Source: Octopus bimaculoides
Lineage: Eukaryota
Length of the DNA stretch: 61,058 nt
Reading direction: 5' to 3'
Assembly: GCF_001194135.2 (NCBI RefSeq)
Contig: NC_068990.1
Coordinates: forward strand, 58,366,664 to 58,427,721
Positions 23,601-37,847 of this stretch are shown here, one piece after another. Each line of letters opens with the position of its first letter. The stretch's first letter is position 1. The position numbers and the translations under genes are program-made. Under the pieces are notes generated by a model. It saw only the letters and a list, made by a program, of their open reading frames with translations. It did not search any database and had not been told where the DNA came from.

Positions 23601-25199
23601 GTTATATACAACACGATAGAAACTGGATAGAGAAACTAAAATCATAGTCCGACGAAACTAACAGTGGTCTTCTTTGGCAAAGTAAAGGTTACAGTCATTT
23701 TTTTATAAGCTTGAAAGAGAAAGGGAGATGCGAGAATAGATATTTCGAGGAAGTCCTTCTTGGAGATAAAAAAAAGATCAGTCTTCTCTCAACAAGTTTT
23801 CGCTTGATTGCTCCATCCTTTTCTTTAGCCTTGCCGCTTATCTCTCTCCACCTCTCTACATTCTTCAAACCTATAGATTAACTGCTATCATAAATGCTGA
23901 AAGAATGTTCTCTCCGATAAATGGCTTTGCTTGCAACACAAATACTTCGCCTCTCTATGGCATATGAAATTATTCAAATTTGCAGGCTGTAGAGAAAAAC
24001 AAGAGTTGACAATACGACCATCTTATATAGAATTCCTCAGTAAATTAGATTAGTCATAGAAGCTATAATAATAGCAAAAGACAAAACTTGACACACATAT
24101 AATGCACCCTTGCAAAAAAAAGAAAGAAAAAGATCAGTAAAGAATAGTTCCTGATTGCAGAAAGAAATCTAACATCGGCAGTCAAAAATATTCAAATCCA
24201 CCGATAACGACACCGCTTTTAACACCCGATAATTCACATTATTCTTTCCCATAATAAAATGGCAATAATAAATGCCACTCATAACTACTTGATCCAGAAG
24301 ACGGTCTCGAAACGTTGATTGACCTCGCAACTTTATTGCTCCAAACGAAATATAAAACACTATACGAAAGAAATATGAAAGATGCCTAATAAAAAAAATA
24401 TAGTGGAGGAGAGAGAAAAATGGGATACAAATCATGATTTGAAAAGTATATGCTTGAAAGAAAAGCTATTCTCTATACACACAAATGTAAAATGGTACCT
24501 ATGAATAGCAAAAAAGAAAAAAAACAGAAAAAAAGAAAAAAACGGATAACAGAATATATATTTATTTCTGCCTCGGAAAAGAGGATTACAAGTCCACAAT
24601 CAAATTCGTTCGATTTGTTTTATGCTTTCGTCTTGTATGATATAGCGGCCCCAAATGGCCGGGTGTGCCTTCTAAGCCAGAAGACTGCAACTATAAAGTT
24701 TCTTCTCTTAAAATCGACTGATGTTGCAACGTCCAGATTGGATAAAGTATTACATGCATAATTGTTTGTGTAATATTTTCTGATTTGAGTTCTTAAACTC
24801 AATTCCATGTTTATCACATGAACAATTGTTGTACCACTTAATGCTCTATCATAGAGTTAGAAAAATTAGAGCGTTTTCATGTCTCGCGTTTAGAAGAATT
24901 ATATTCGTCATTCCCAAGTCCAGTATAACACATATTTGTGTATTATATTTGTATGTCTACGTATGCAAACACAGATGTGAGTGCATCAGGAGTTTCAAGA
25001 CTAGGATGAACATAAGGATTAAAATTTCTGCGAATTCTTAGGTAACAGGGACGCGTATATATCTCAGAAGGCAGAAACTATATGTGTGATTATTTCAGCA
25101 ACTTGATACTATTTTCAAATGTCATTTGGAATTATATAACGTTTATATTATCGCTCTAAAATATTCCCATTATGACTACTTGATATCTAACACACACAT

Positions 25200-25230
<31 letters not shown>

Positions 25231-25259
25231 AATATATACACACACACACACACACACAA

Positions 25260-25291
<32 letters not shown>

Positions 25292-26347
25292 GGGTGGATG
25301 GACGGACGGACAGATGGACGGACGAACAGAAGGAGGGGACGGACGGACGGACGGACGGACGGACGGACGGACGGATGGATGGAGGAAAGACTCTGAGAAA
25401 GGTTTGAAAATGTGTCAAATTTATATATATATATATATATATACTACTTGTTTAAATAAAGTAAATTTTATTTTTAACATGTGTAGCAAATAAATTTGTT
25501 CTATGCATTTATATACACGAAAATAAAAATGCAAAAATATACTTTCACATTATAAATGCTTCATTTGATAGTTTCACAGAAATTATGTTTATTATTTGTT
25601 CTTACATGATGCGTTTTATAAACATAATACTAAAAAGTAGGGAGAGAGGAAAAAAACATCACAAGTTACTTCGAGCTTTTCATATGAGAAAAGTTTTAGT
25701 GAATAAATTTTGTGCGTATGATTGCAACCTTCTAAGATGCACAAGAAATATTCCGTCGATACATAGTTGGTTTCTCAGACCTGATAACGTTTCATTTGAA
25801 ATTATGAACTCAATAGCGAGGTAAAAGACGTCCATGAAACGATATTCAGTAATTCGAGACATTGCAGCTTGCTGGTACAGTTTATATTATCAAAATGTGG
25901 CAAAAATTTGTGAAAAGGTTTTAGAAAATATTCAATTATATGCTGAACATTTGCTTGATACATCTCTGCGGATATGCCTGGATCTCTGTGCACTTTGTTG
26001 ATGTATATATATATAGGTAATATATTGTATGGGGCATTATGATACACGTAGCCGTTATTGTAAGAACTGCCCAAAAATCGGGTCCTGAAATCTGTGATAT
26101 GTCAATAGCGAGAGGAAAATTAAAATCATTAGTTCATATTTGATTTCTGTTAACATGGAACTTTATTTCAAATATTTCCAAATTTTTACAATTCATTGCT
26201 AATGATTAAAAAACAAAATGGGCTATGCTGGCTAATAAAAGAACAAAAGCAGACTCAATAGAAGTGAAATATAGATATATAGCAGATAATCACCTTTAAC
26301 TTAATGAATACACACACACACACACACACACGTGTGTGTGTGTGTGT

Positions 26348-26384
<37 letters not shown>

Positions 26385-26622
26385 TGTCTACATATATATA
26401 TAAATGATGATTGCTTTATCTTCACAGATGACTGTCGCCTCCTTGTGCTTCCACGTTATCAATGGCGTTTCTAACTTTCTGTCCGTAATCTCCCAAAAGA
26501 CTTCTCAGTCCCGTTGCAGACCTGCATGGTCTGCAGCATAGGTGACAGACACTTCGCCACACTTCCACCGATATAGGACGTTGCAGAGACGGAATGACGA
26601 GCGAGGAAACAGACGTCTAAGT

Positions 26623-26846
26623 GAAGGCGCGTGCCTTAGTGGTTAGGGTGTTGGACTCACCTGGTTCGGATGACGCGTTGTGTTCTTGAGAAAAACACTT
26701 AGTTTCACATTGCTCCAGTCCACTCAGCTGGCAAAAGGAGTAATCCTGAGACGGAACGACGTCCCGTCCAGAAGGGGAATATATATGCCATGAAACCAGG
26801 AAACCGTCTTTTATGAGTCGATATGACTCGAGAAGGTAACTTTACC
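26623..26846 (+). mobile_element. SINE family B
   Basis: GAAGGCGCGTGCCTTAGTGGTTAGGG head, CCAGTCCACTCAGCTGGCAAAA core, GACTCGAGAAGGTAACTTTAC tail. Confidence 0.9.
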
Positions 26847-27292
26847 TAAAGATTTACCTAAACAAATATCTCTATGTCCTGGTTATGACTTTAAAATGCA
26901 TCCGGAAGCGGGGCATGATTCGAGTATCAGGGTTTAGTCTAGGGGTTTTGGAGGAGTGCAGAACCGCCTCTTAACCACTGGTGTTTCCAGTAGTAGTAGT
27001 AGTACGTGTCAGGGTCCTAATTATGGGTTAACTAGCATATGTGATGACAATTCATCTAAGCGTGGTACTGCAACAGTACTTTTGGTTGGTGTCAGTGTGC
27101 GGAGTAAAACGATCAGGTGTGAAGGTCCCCTAGTTGTTTTCACAGCATCTTTCTAAGAAAGGGGTGATAATCTGATATAAACCTGCGATTTCCCGTGATC
27201 ACTGGTTATTTTGCTTCAACCTGTCACTAAGTACTAGTCACAGAAAGTCAGTTAGTGGTAGTCGGCCGTGTTGTATACACAAACACACGCAG

Positions 27293-27349
<57 letters not shown>

Positions 27350-28589
27350 TATCTGTAGGTCTAGCAGTCGACTTGGGAATACATTTGGTTGCAGCACCGT
27401 CCACCATGAAGTTGTGTGGAGATTGTTGTGTTTTGGGAGAGGGAAACATAGTATCATATAAAAGGAATACTAGCGAATTGGAAATTTCAACGAGTTGGGT
27501 TAAAAAGGTCCCCAATCACTGATGTAGTGATTCAAAGAGATCTGTATACAACGTTTACAAATAGCTAGTTTAAAAAATACATAATCTTGCATGCAAACAG
27601 TGATTTATATCAGACACACGTCACGCTTTCCGTTGTGTTTATAACAAATCTAAACTATTGGAAAGTTCAATAATGTCACTAACATGTTTTCTACAATATA
27701 TAGATCATTTTTCTGATATGCTTAACTCAAAATATACAAGAAAGAACATGAATAAGTTGTGACACTGTTCTTGTATTTCTAAGAAGCTCTCACAATTCAA
27801 AAACGTTGAATATAATCGAAGTTGTCCTACCATAAATACAAAAATGGTTCTTAGACTGCTAATAAAATCCGGTTATCATGCTTCATCTGCCAATGGACTA
27901 TATCACTTCTGATTAAACGTACACCTATCAGTCTCAAATCTCCCGACTAGCCAACAGATTTTATTCTTTTCTTCTTATTTAAGGTGTTGGGATATACATA
28001 TATATTTTTTTTCTCTCTTCTTGTCAGATTCTTTCCATGATTCCAGTTTTTATTCCCCGCCCCGCCGCTGTTCCCATGGCTGTTTGATTTGTATGAATAT
28101 ATGTAAATACATATATATGTAGGTATATGTATATGCATANNNNNNNNNNNNNNNNNNNNNNNNNNNNNNNNNNNNNNNNNNNNNNNNNNNNNNNNNNNNN
28201 NNNNNNNNNNNNNNNNNNNNNNNNNNNNNNNNNNNNNNNNNNNNNNNNNNNNNNNNNNNNNNNNNNNNNAACACATATATATATATACATACCTACATAC
28301 ATACATGCATGCATACTTACATACATACATACATACGTGTATATACACACATATATACATATATATGTATGTATTTCTATATGTATGTATGTACGTATGT
28401 TTTCATGTATGAATGCATGAATATATGTATATATATGATTGTATATATGTATATATATGAATGCGTATATGTATATATACTATTATCTCTGAATTGATCT
28501 CTTTCTATTCTAGTGAAGCGTGGATATAAGTAGAAATCGACGATGCAAGTTTAGAAATGCAAGTGGTATTACGTTCAAAATCACTACAA

Positions 28590-28623
<34 letters not shown>

Positions 28624-28719
28624 ATACATGTGTGTGTGCATGCATGTGTGTGTGTGCCTGTACGTGTTTGTCTACATATATAAATATTTATATATTCACA
28701 CACACATATATATACAGTA

Positions 28720-28774
<55 letters not shown>

Positions 28775-30339
28775 NNNNNNNNNNNNNNNNNNNNNNNNNN
28801 NNNNNNNNNNNNNNNNNNNNNNNNNNNNNNNNNNNNNNNNNNNNNNNNNNNNNNNNNNNNNNNNNNNNNNNNNNNNNNNNNNNNNNNNNNNNNNNNNNNN
28901 NNNNNNNNNNNNNNNNNNNNNNNNNNNNNNNNNNNNNNNNNNNNNNNNNNNNNNNNNNNNNNNNNNNNNNNNNNNNNNNNNNNNNNNNNNNNNNNNNNNN
29001 NNNNNNNNNNNNNNNNNNNNNNNNNNNNNNNNNNNNNNNNNNNNNNNNNNNNNNNNNNNNNNNNNNNNNNNNNNNNNNNNNNNNNNNNNNNNNNNNNNNN
29101 NNNNNNNNNNNNNNNNNNNNNNNNNNNNNNNNNNNNNNNNNNNNNNNNNNNNNNNNNNNNNNNNNNNNNNNNNNNNNNNNNNNNNNNNNNNNNNNNNNNN
29201 NNNNNNNNNNNNNNNNNNNNNNNNNNNNNNNNNNNNNNNNNNNNNNNNNNNNNNNNNNNNNNNNNNNNNNNNNNNNNNNNNNNNNNNNNNNNNNNNNNNN
29301 NNNNNNNNNNNNNNNNNNNNNNNNNNNNNNNNNNNNNNNNNNNNNNNNNNNNNNNNNNNNNNNNNNNNNNNNNNNNNNNNNNNNNNNNNNNNNNNNNNNN
29401 NNNNNNNNNNNNNNNNNNNNNNNNNNNNNNNNNNNNNNNNNNNNNNNNNNNNNNNNNNNNNNNNNNNNNNNNNNNNNNNNNNNNNNNNNNNNNNNNNNNN
29501 NNNNNNNNNNNNNNNNNNNNNNNNNNNNNNNNNNNNNNNNNNNNNNNNNNNNNNNNNNNNNNNNNNNNNNNNNNNNNNNNNNNNNNNNNNNNNNNNNNNN
29601 NNNNNNNNNNNNNNNNNNNNNNNNNNNNNNNNNNNNNNNNNNNNNNNNNNNNNNNNNNNNNNNNNATATACATTTATACATTTATATTATATTCATATTC
29701 ATATTCATATATACTATACTATTTTTATATTCATATTCATATTCATATATATTTATGTAATGTATATGTGTGTGTGTGAGTGGGTAGGTACGTATGAAAG
29801 CAGGTATGTATGTATGTATGTATGTATGAATGTATGTATGCATGTAGTATTTATATAGATAGACATTTAAACATATAAAGAAAGAAAAGGATAAAAGATA
29901 AAAATGAAAATCTATATCTATAGCCGCAGTCGAATATTAAGAAAAGATTTTCTTAATCTCAAACAGTGATTTGATTTGATTCCAAACAAACAAATCTTGC
30001 CTTCCACCATTTTGTCGTACGCTTTCGTTCGTTCTCCTTTCATATTCCCATCGTTGTAGGCAGAATATACATGCAGGCACTTACACTGAAATATCTATAC
30101 AAATCTATGTGATTATCTATTGTTCTGAAATCTATCCTTCGTTATTTAAATGTATTCTTTTTACACTTCTTTAGAACGAGACTCCTCTATAAACATAACG
30201 ATTACTTAGAGGAAATTACTTCTACTTGGTAGTTTTAATACCCATCTACACGGCAACGATTTTTGTCATATTTTCTTCAACTGCTATCAAGTTTGAGAGT
30301 TCGTTTGATATACATATGCCCTATTGCTGTTCTGCTATA

Positions 30340-30342
30340 TTT

Positions 30343-30389
<47 letters not shown>

Positions 30390-30495
30390 AACGATGATGA
30401 AGATGATGGTGGTGGTGGTGGTAGTGGTGGTGGTGGTGGTGGTGGTGGCAATGAGGATGAGGAAGAGGACGGCGACGACGATGACGTTGATGATG
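30340..30495. repeat. (GAT)n/(GGT)n trinucleotide block
   Basis: Direct reading. Confidence 0.95.
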
Positions 30496-31264
30496 AAGAG
30501 AACGTTTGCGATGTGGTGAGATTAGGTTTTATTTCATGAACAGAGACTTACTAAAAGGGATAATAGATATATAGTTGATCCCTGCTTATCTCATTNNNNN
30601 NNNNNNNNNNNNNNNNNNNNNNNNNNNNNNNNNNNNNNNNNNNNNNNNNNNNNNNNNNNNNNNNNNNNNNNNNNNNNNNNNNNNNNNNNNNNNNNNNNNN
30701 NNNNNNNNNNNNNNNNNNNNNNNNNNNNNNNNNNNNNNNNNNNNNNNNNNNNNNNNNNNNNNNNNNNNNNNNNNNNNNNNNNNNNNNNNNNNNNNNNNNN
30801 NNNNNNNNNNNNNNNNNNNNNNNNNNNNNNNNNNNNNNNNNNNNNNNNNNNNNNNNNNNNNNNNNNNNNNNNNNNNNNNNNNNNNNNNNNNNNNNNNNNN
30901 NNNNNNNNNNNNNNNNNNNNNNNNNNNNNNNNNNNNNNNNNNNNNNNNNNNNNNNNNNNNNNNNNNNNNNNNNNNNNNNNNNNNNNNNNNNNNNNNNNNN
31001 NNNNNNNNNNNNNNNNNNNNNNNNNNNNNNNNNNNNNNNNNNNNNNNNNNNNNNNNNNNNNNNNNNNNNNNNNNNNNNNNNNNNNNNNNNNNNNNNNNNN
31101 NNNNNNNNNNNNNNNNNNNNNNNNNNNNNNNNNNNNNNNNNNNNNNNNNNNNNNNNNNNNNNNNNNNNNNNNNNNNNNNNNNNNNGGATTTTTATTTATC
31201 ACTTACGAGTTTTGACCACCACACTTTGGCTTTCCGTCTTTCTTTTATTTATCATTTCTGATTG

Positions 31265-31296
31265 TTCTAGTGTTGTTGTCGTTATTATCTTTATTA

Positions 31297-31370
<74 letters not shown>

Positions 31371-31380
31371 GTTGTTGTTG
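31265..31380. repeat. (ATT)n trinucleotide repeat
   Basis: Direct reading. Confidence 0.97.
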
Positions 31381-32212
31381 TATTTCTTTTTCTTTCTACT
31401 CGTATTCTTTTCACGCATTCTTATTTAATTGCTTTCTAACTTGATTGTCTCCCCGCCTTCTTCAATTTCTTTTCCTTCTTTTACGTCTTGCGTCTTTACT
31501 TTTTCTTTTTCTTTTCTTTATACATTTGATGTTTTTCTAGTTTGTTAAATTTTATCACAACTTCAGCTTTTATGTCATTCGTTTTTCTGCCTTTGTCTCC
31601 TTCTTTCTTTTCTTTTTGTTCATATACTTGTTGTTGTTGTTGTTCTTCTTCTTCTTCTTGGTATTGTTGTTGTAGTTGCTGTTGTTTTCATAGTTGCTTT
31701 TCTATTGCCGCCAATTCTCGTATTTCTACACGTTCTGTCTTCGTTAAAGTTTATTTGATATCGAAATATAGTTAATATAACATATTCCAATACAGCTTTA
31801 TTTTTAATAAAGCTCCATTGCACACTTTATTTTATCTTTCAATAGAGACGAGAGAAAACATCTTTTCTCTGTTTTTGAGTGAATCGCCCAGGCTATTAAC
31901 CAATTAATTATATGTCTGTATGTGAGCAAACATATATATATATATAGCAGTTTGTGTGTGTGTGTGTGTGTGTCTGCGTGCGTGCGTGCGTTTGTGCGTG
32001 TATGTGTACATGGTATGTACTCCTCAGTGTCTTTCTGTACGCCAGTGTTTCTCTATCGAGGTCCATATGACCCTTGAGGGTCCATATAAGATTTTATTGT
32101 TAACGTATATGTGTAATAAATTGTTTATAGCTCTGCAATACACAAATTATTTTAGCTTTGATTTTATGCAATTCGTAATATTTAATTACAAAACCTGTAG
32201 TTGGATGTTTAT

Positions 32213-32213
<1 letters not shown>

Positions 32214-32289
<76 letters not shown>

Positions 32290-32290
32290 G
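32214..32290. repeat. (GATA)n tetranucleotide repeat
   Basis: Direct reading; others near 1310, 1780 and 7598. Confidence 0.97.
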
Positions 32291-32474
32291 ATTTTTTTTC
32301 TCTTTGCCTGCATGAGTTGGGAGTATTGCTGTCTGGGAGATATATTGTGGTAGCGGAATAGTATTTAACTGCTATTTCTAAATTTCGGTATGTAGTGAAG
32401 CAATTTTGCTGAACCCTAATTATAATTATGCTTATAATCATAAAATTGTTGACACGTAGAGATATAGATATATA

Positions 32475-33211
32475 GGCACAGGCGTCGCTGTGTGGTAGAA
32501 AGCAAGCTTCCCAACGAAACGTTACTGTGTTCAGTCCCAATGCATGTGACCTTGGGTAGGTGTCTTCTTCTATAGCCTCGGGTCGATCAAAGCCTTGTGA
32601 GTGGAGTTGGTAGACGGAAACTGAAAGAAACTCATCGAGTATATATATATATATACATCACCATGATCACCTTGACCGACCAGTCCGCTGGGCGTCGATT
32701 TGACACCGCTGGTCACAGCACGCTATCCACTCTTCTTGTGTAGCATGGTGCAGAGTCCTATTGCCAGACATAGGGTCTTCCAGCAGCCAACCTCTTAACC
32801 CAGGGCAGGACTACCTCCTCCAGGTACTTCATGCAGGTCTCCGTGTTGAGTCTGAGGTTGTGTGGGAAGATGAATGGAGGCATAACGGCACCATCACTAG
32901 TGATGACTCCAAACAACATGATATTGACTGGTTGTTTGATTTTTATCACGCTCGGTACATGTTCTGGGGCCAACGGTTGTTTTGTGTGTTCACCGTAATG
33001 TTCGTATTGCATCTTCTGGCGCGAATGCCAAGCAGTACAACATATCGTTTCAAATTTTCTGGCAGAGTGAATTGTGTAATAGTGCTGTTTTTCTCACTGA
33101 CGGTTCCCAATTGACCCTATTATACTGTGTAGTCGACAAAATCAAAAACCATCAATGCACATGCGCGAAATTACACGTATAAAAGGACGACAATTTACCC
33201 ATTGCACCCTG

Positions 33212-33253
<42 letters not shown>

Positions 33254-33503
33254 ATATATATGTATGTATATATTTATTTTTGTGTGCATGTGTCTGTATT
33301 TGTTCCCCTGCCATCACTTGACAACCGATGTTGGTGTGTTTATGTCTCTGTAACCTAGCAAGTCGGAAAAATAGATCGATCGAATAAGTACTAGGCTTAC
33401 AATGAAAACGTCCTGGGTGGCAATTTGTTCGACTAAAACCCCTTAAGACGGTGCTCCAGAATGGTCGCAGTCAAATAATTGAAACAAGTAAAAAAATAAA
33501 AGT
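32475..33503 (+). mobile_element. SINE family D split by an insertion in its internal microsatellite
   Basis: 5' half 32475-32640 and 3' half ~33275-33503 are collinear and on the same strand; (TA)n flanks the insert on both sides. Confidence 0.85.
32725..33211 (-). mobile_element. Deleted maT-like Tc1/mariner element
   Basis: KQPVNIMLFGVITSDGAVMPPFIFPHNLRLN...VLPWVKRLAAGRPYVWQ*DSAPC. One TIR, TA-CAGGGTGCAATGGG, ending at 33211; the other end is truncated. Confidence 0.85.
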
Positions 33504-33687
33504 ATATACCACGTGGTATGGGGTAAAATAGGAATGAAAGGAGTCCATAGGCCAAAAATGGTAGAGAAACACTGCTATAGGCCTTTGTTCATCTATTTTA
33601 CTGCTTGGATTGTTTTAAAACGGGACGAAAGACATTCTTTTTTATTTTTATTCTCTTTGAATTCTTAGAAATATTTTATTAACTTTT

Positions 33688-33805
33688 CTTTCTTTCAGTC
33701 ATTAAACTGCTGCCATGCTGGAGCACCACCTTGAAGAATTTTAGTCAAACGAATCGACTCCCGTACTTAATTTTTTTTTAAACCTGGAACTTATTCTATC
33801 GGTGG
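33688..33805 (-). mobile_element. SINE family D, 3' fragment
   Basis: TTTCAGTCATT..ACTGC.GCCATGCTGGAGCACC...CTTATTCTATCGGT, followed by a (GGT/GCT)n tract. Confidence 0.8.
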
Positions 33806-35527
33806 CGGTCGTGGTGGTGGTGGTGCTGCTGCTGCTGCTTCTGTTGCTGCTGCTGCTGTTGTTGCTGCTGCTTCCGGTGCTGGTGCTGGTGGTCACTCCC
33901 ATAACTTCTATATCGTTAAGTCATCACTACAGATTTCTCTTTATACGATGATGAAAAAGCTGCATTTGTGTCACTATGTAGCGTGGTCTCTCACCAGCGT
34001 TTGTAGTTCTACAGGACAATATTGATACAGAGGCGGATGAAGTATTTAGTCGCAGTGCAGACAATATGCAACCAGAAAATCTTCAGAATATCGTTTATTC
34101 ATGACAGTTGTATAAAATTTGTCCAGTCTGCTGTCCATCACGGAATTCTGCGAATAAGACTTCGTCATTCGGAACTTGGAAAACCGTTTTTACATTCCAC
34201 ACTGTTTACAGGCAACGTTACAACAACGTCAAACAGTAGAAAATACCAGACATGAACATCCCTGAAGGAGATCAAAAGCCCAAATAACTCGATTAATATG
34301 TTTAAAGCATAATTTCCGATCTATAGCACACTGCCTTAAGACAAAGTTCAACCGACAAGTCTCAGACAGGACTCTAAAGCAAATAATGTTGAGAAACTGC
34401 TCGCTTTTCTACATTAAAATTGAGTTAAAATGCTCGTGCATTGTACATTAAAATGAGTTTAAATGTTCGTAATAATATTGTTTTCTACTGAAAAGCAACA
34501 TTTCAACAAATCCGATTCAGCATAGTAATAAAGGGCTCATGGTGAAAATCGGTGAAAGATTCTTCGCAATCTGTTGGCCATCATACAATAATTCCAATGA
34601 CTATCATGTACTCCAAATCTGTAACTATATGCTACGCTGGTATGACTTCTCTTGATCAAGCTGATTATTTTTGATAAATTCAGTGACTTTTGACTTTAGC
34701 GTATGCCACATATCTTTATCGTCCAAATTCTGCTTCTTCACATATTCAGATCCTCAGTATAATTCAATACCAGTTCGCTGCATCATTCATATCGAGCGGA
34801 CAAAATTATAGTTTATTTAATTATAGTTCGATTCGTAAAGGAACTACTTGAAAGAGGGATAGGATGAACGCAAACATCTGTAGAAAAGGCGTTAGAGACG
34901 ACTCTAATGATTTTGTATACTCATTGAAACATATCAGAAAGTCCCCACTAAATCGAAGGGTACAGTGCACTGGATAACAGGATGCATGTTGTCAGATTTA
35001 ACGTGCTTTTCAGCTCCATTGGTTATCATCCTTTACGTCTTTAGTCATGAAGCCCTGATGTACACTAAAGCGAGTTGTGAACAAGTAGAATTACTGCAAT
35101 ATGGCAAATAATTCTACATACTTTACATTTTCAACGCAGAAAACCGATACAATGTTCAGTAGGGAAACACGACAATAGACATAGGTTTCAAATTGAACAG
35201 TGATACCTAAGCTTTGCTTCAATAGCAACCAAAGCATTGTCATTGTATTGAGTGACACACAACTGAACGTCAATACAGACAACATGAACAGCAGAAACGA
35301 TATATACTCTTGTGCAGAAGCTACTCGATATCCAATAAATTCTTCTCAGATAAAATTATCAAAAACGAAATGCAGAAGTAGTGAGATCTCTTCAGTTTTC
35401 GAAACGTTGTGATAGACGAAATACCACAAAGCATTTCGCCCGTAAAGAGGGGTGAGATGTCGCTAAACAATCTCACCAGTATGCAAACGAGTCTGTCAGC
35501 GCGCTGTCTTAAATATTGTGAAAATAT

Positions 35528-35729
35528 TGATTTCAAATCTTGACAAAAGGCCACCAATTTGGGGGCAGTGGTTAAGTCGGTTACACGACCCCAACTGGTA
35601 CTTATTTTGTTGACCCTGAAACGATGAAAGGGAAAGTGAACCTCGACGGCATTTGAACTCAGAACATAAACAGACGAAATGCCGCTAAGCGTTTTGCCCG
35701 ACGCACAAACGACTCTGCCAACTCGCCGC
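35528..35729 (-). mobile_element. SINE family A
   Basis: Reverse complement of the full family-A consensus including the A1 tail. Confidence 0.9.
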
Positions 35730-37153
35730 TCTAAAACGCTGTGAAAAAATTATTGCAGACATTTTTCCTCTCGATGTTACAATATTTGATAACAAAAGCT
35801 CAAAATAGAAACGATATTTTTATTCTGAAAGCTAAATTATTTGATAAACTTCTCAATAATCATCATACAGAACTGCATTTGCGTAAGTCCGATCAATAGA
35901 GATTACCACCAACTGATTCAGATGATCTTGTGCTATAGTCTCTTCCGTAAAAATTTCTTTCATCACCTGAGGGTACTAAGGGTACACTGAAAGAACACGA
36001 CCTGGTAGGAACGACGCAGTTCTTAGGAAATATCGGGAAATTAGCGACTCGTCTGGAAAAATTTACCTCCAAAGCCACTCAAAATGTCTTTAATTACGAT
36101 CTTCGGCCCGAAATTTTTATGGGGAAAAATGAGTTTTGTACGAGACAGCAGAATGCATTTCTCAGTGTTTTGAATCGTACACCTATTGTAGTGCATTAAA
36201 GCAAAGTAGGAAAAATAATAATAGTCAACATCAATTACAAAGTTCTAAGTGTCAAGCGTAACTAGTATAAGTAAAAAGAAATCATGGAATTATCCATGTT
36301 AACAAGTCGGCGATAGAACAACCCATGACTTTTCTGCAGAGTAATAACTATGTTAAAATGATAATTTAATAACACTAGGCAGCAAAATGTATGCTTGTAG
36401 ACAGCTGCAATGACAAATAAATGTTTTAGGATTGAGCCAGACTTAAAGATGGTGCTACTGGAGTTTGACGATGGAGCGCAACTAGACAGCCGTTCGAAAA
36501 TGACTGACCCTACTTAGTACATACGGAAACTTAATGGATAGAAGAAAGCGAAAGAGCTTAAGGTAAAAAAAGATACAAAACTCAAAAATACAAACTGATA
36601 ACGACAGAGAGCAAACGGTGCGTATCTGCTGATGCATTTTTAACTGAATGATGCTGAGCAAAACGATATTATTGAAACAAATTGTTGAAGTCGGCTACGA
36701 ATATGAGACAAACCTATTTTATCCCAAAGAAGAGAATCATAAAATTACGAACACAGAAATAAAGGGGTATATACGAGATGACATGAAGATTAATATTTGG
36801 GAACCCAAACAAAGCTGCGAGAAACCAAGTCCTGTAAGTTCACCGTCATCATTTCACCGTTTGTTTTGTTTGTTTTTTTCTTTTTTCTTTTTTTTCCAAT
36901 AAAATAGTTTTTAACTATTAATGGTGAGACACTATGGATATATTTTCTCGATAAACTTTCCTCGCAGTAAACTTTCCTCGCTGTGAACTTTCTTCACGGG
37001 GAATTGATAGCAGTAAACTTACCTGTAATCGCTAGAAACTTAGGTAATGCTCAGGTTTACATTCGACTAGGGCAGATTTAATGTTGTAAGCAAATGAAAC
37101 ATTACAGCACAAAGTCTACGTATTGAAAGAGACAATATTATACTACACAATAT

Positions 37154-37366
37154 GGGAGCGAGCTGGGAGAGTCGTTAACACGCCGGACTTAATGCTTAGC
37201 AGCATTTCGTCCGTCTTTATGTTTTGAACTCAATTTCTGCCGAATTTGACTTTGCCTTTCATCCTTTCGAAATCCGTAAAATAAGTACTTGTTGTGCACT
37301 GGGGTCGATGTGATCGACTTATCTACTCTACTGAAATTGCTGGCCTTGTGCCAAAATTTGAAACCA
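37154..37366 (+). mobile_element. SINE family A (A1 tail)
   Basis: GAGCGAGCTGGGAGAGTCGTT head; AAATTGCTGGCCTTGTGCCAAAATTTGAAACCA tail. Confidence 0.9.
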
Positions 37367-37809
37367 GTACTGTATACTACACAGACTTTCTGTTTTTTCT
37401 CTTTAGTCCGTCACCCTCCAGCCACGCATTCTAAGTTTCTGTTTCTTTTCACTTTATATGGTACGCTGTTATATCTGGTATTCAGCTTTACCCACATTAT
37501 TTTGTTTTAAATTCTTGTACTCTGTACTTCATTTATTTTACATCACAATTAGTTAAAAGCAGCGTCAAGAATCAGAGGCTTCCAATGAACCAGTTGCTGT
37601 TGCACCGTATCACTGAGGGCAAGAATGAACAGAGAATATCCGCATAACTCCCTGCAGGAAAAAATAGCAATAAAGGACTTCACTTGAAGAGCAGCGATTT
37701 TGAGGGTTTCTCGTTGAATACATATAAGCAATGCACACAAACCATACACACATATAACAGGATACATACGTAGACAATGTATATGCATGTATAATAACTN
37801 NNNNNNNNN

Positions 37810-37847
<38 letters not shown>

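Noticed and set aside
25820-27900. Possible hAT transposase traces (FTNFCHILII*TVPASC near 25870; YSPLADEA near 27890, minus strand)
   Set aside because: Only a few residues resemble hAT motifs, many stops, no TIR or 8-bp TSD found.
30324-30539. Acidic Asp/Gly-rich ORF
   Set aside because: Explained by (GAT)n/(GGT)n repeats; no flanking domain or convincing splice context.
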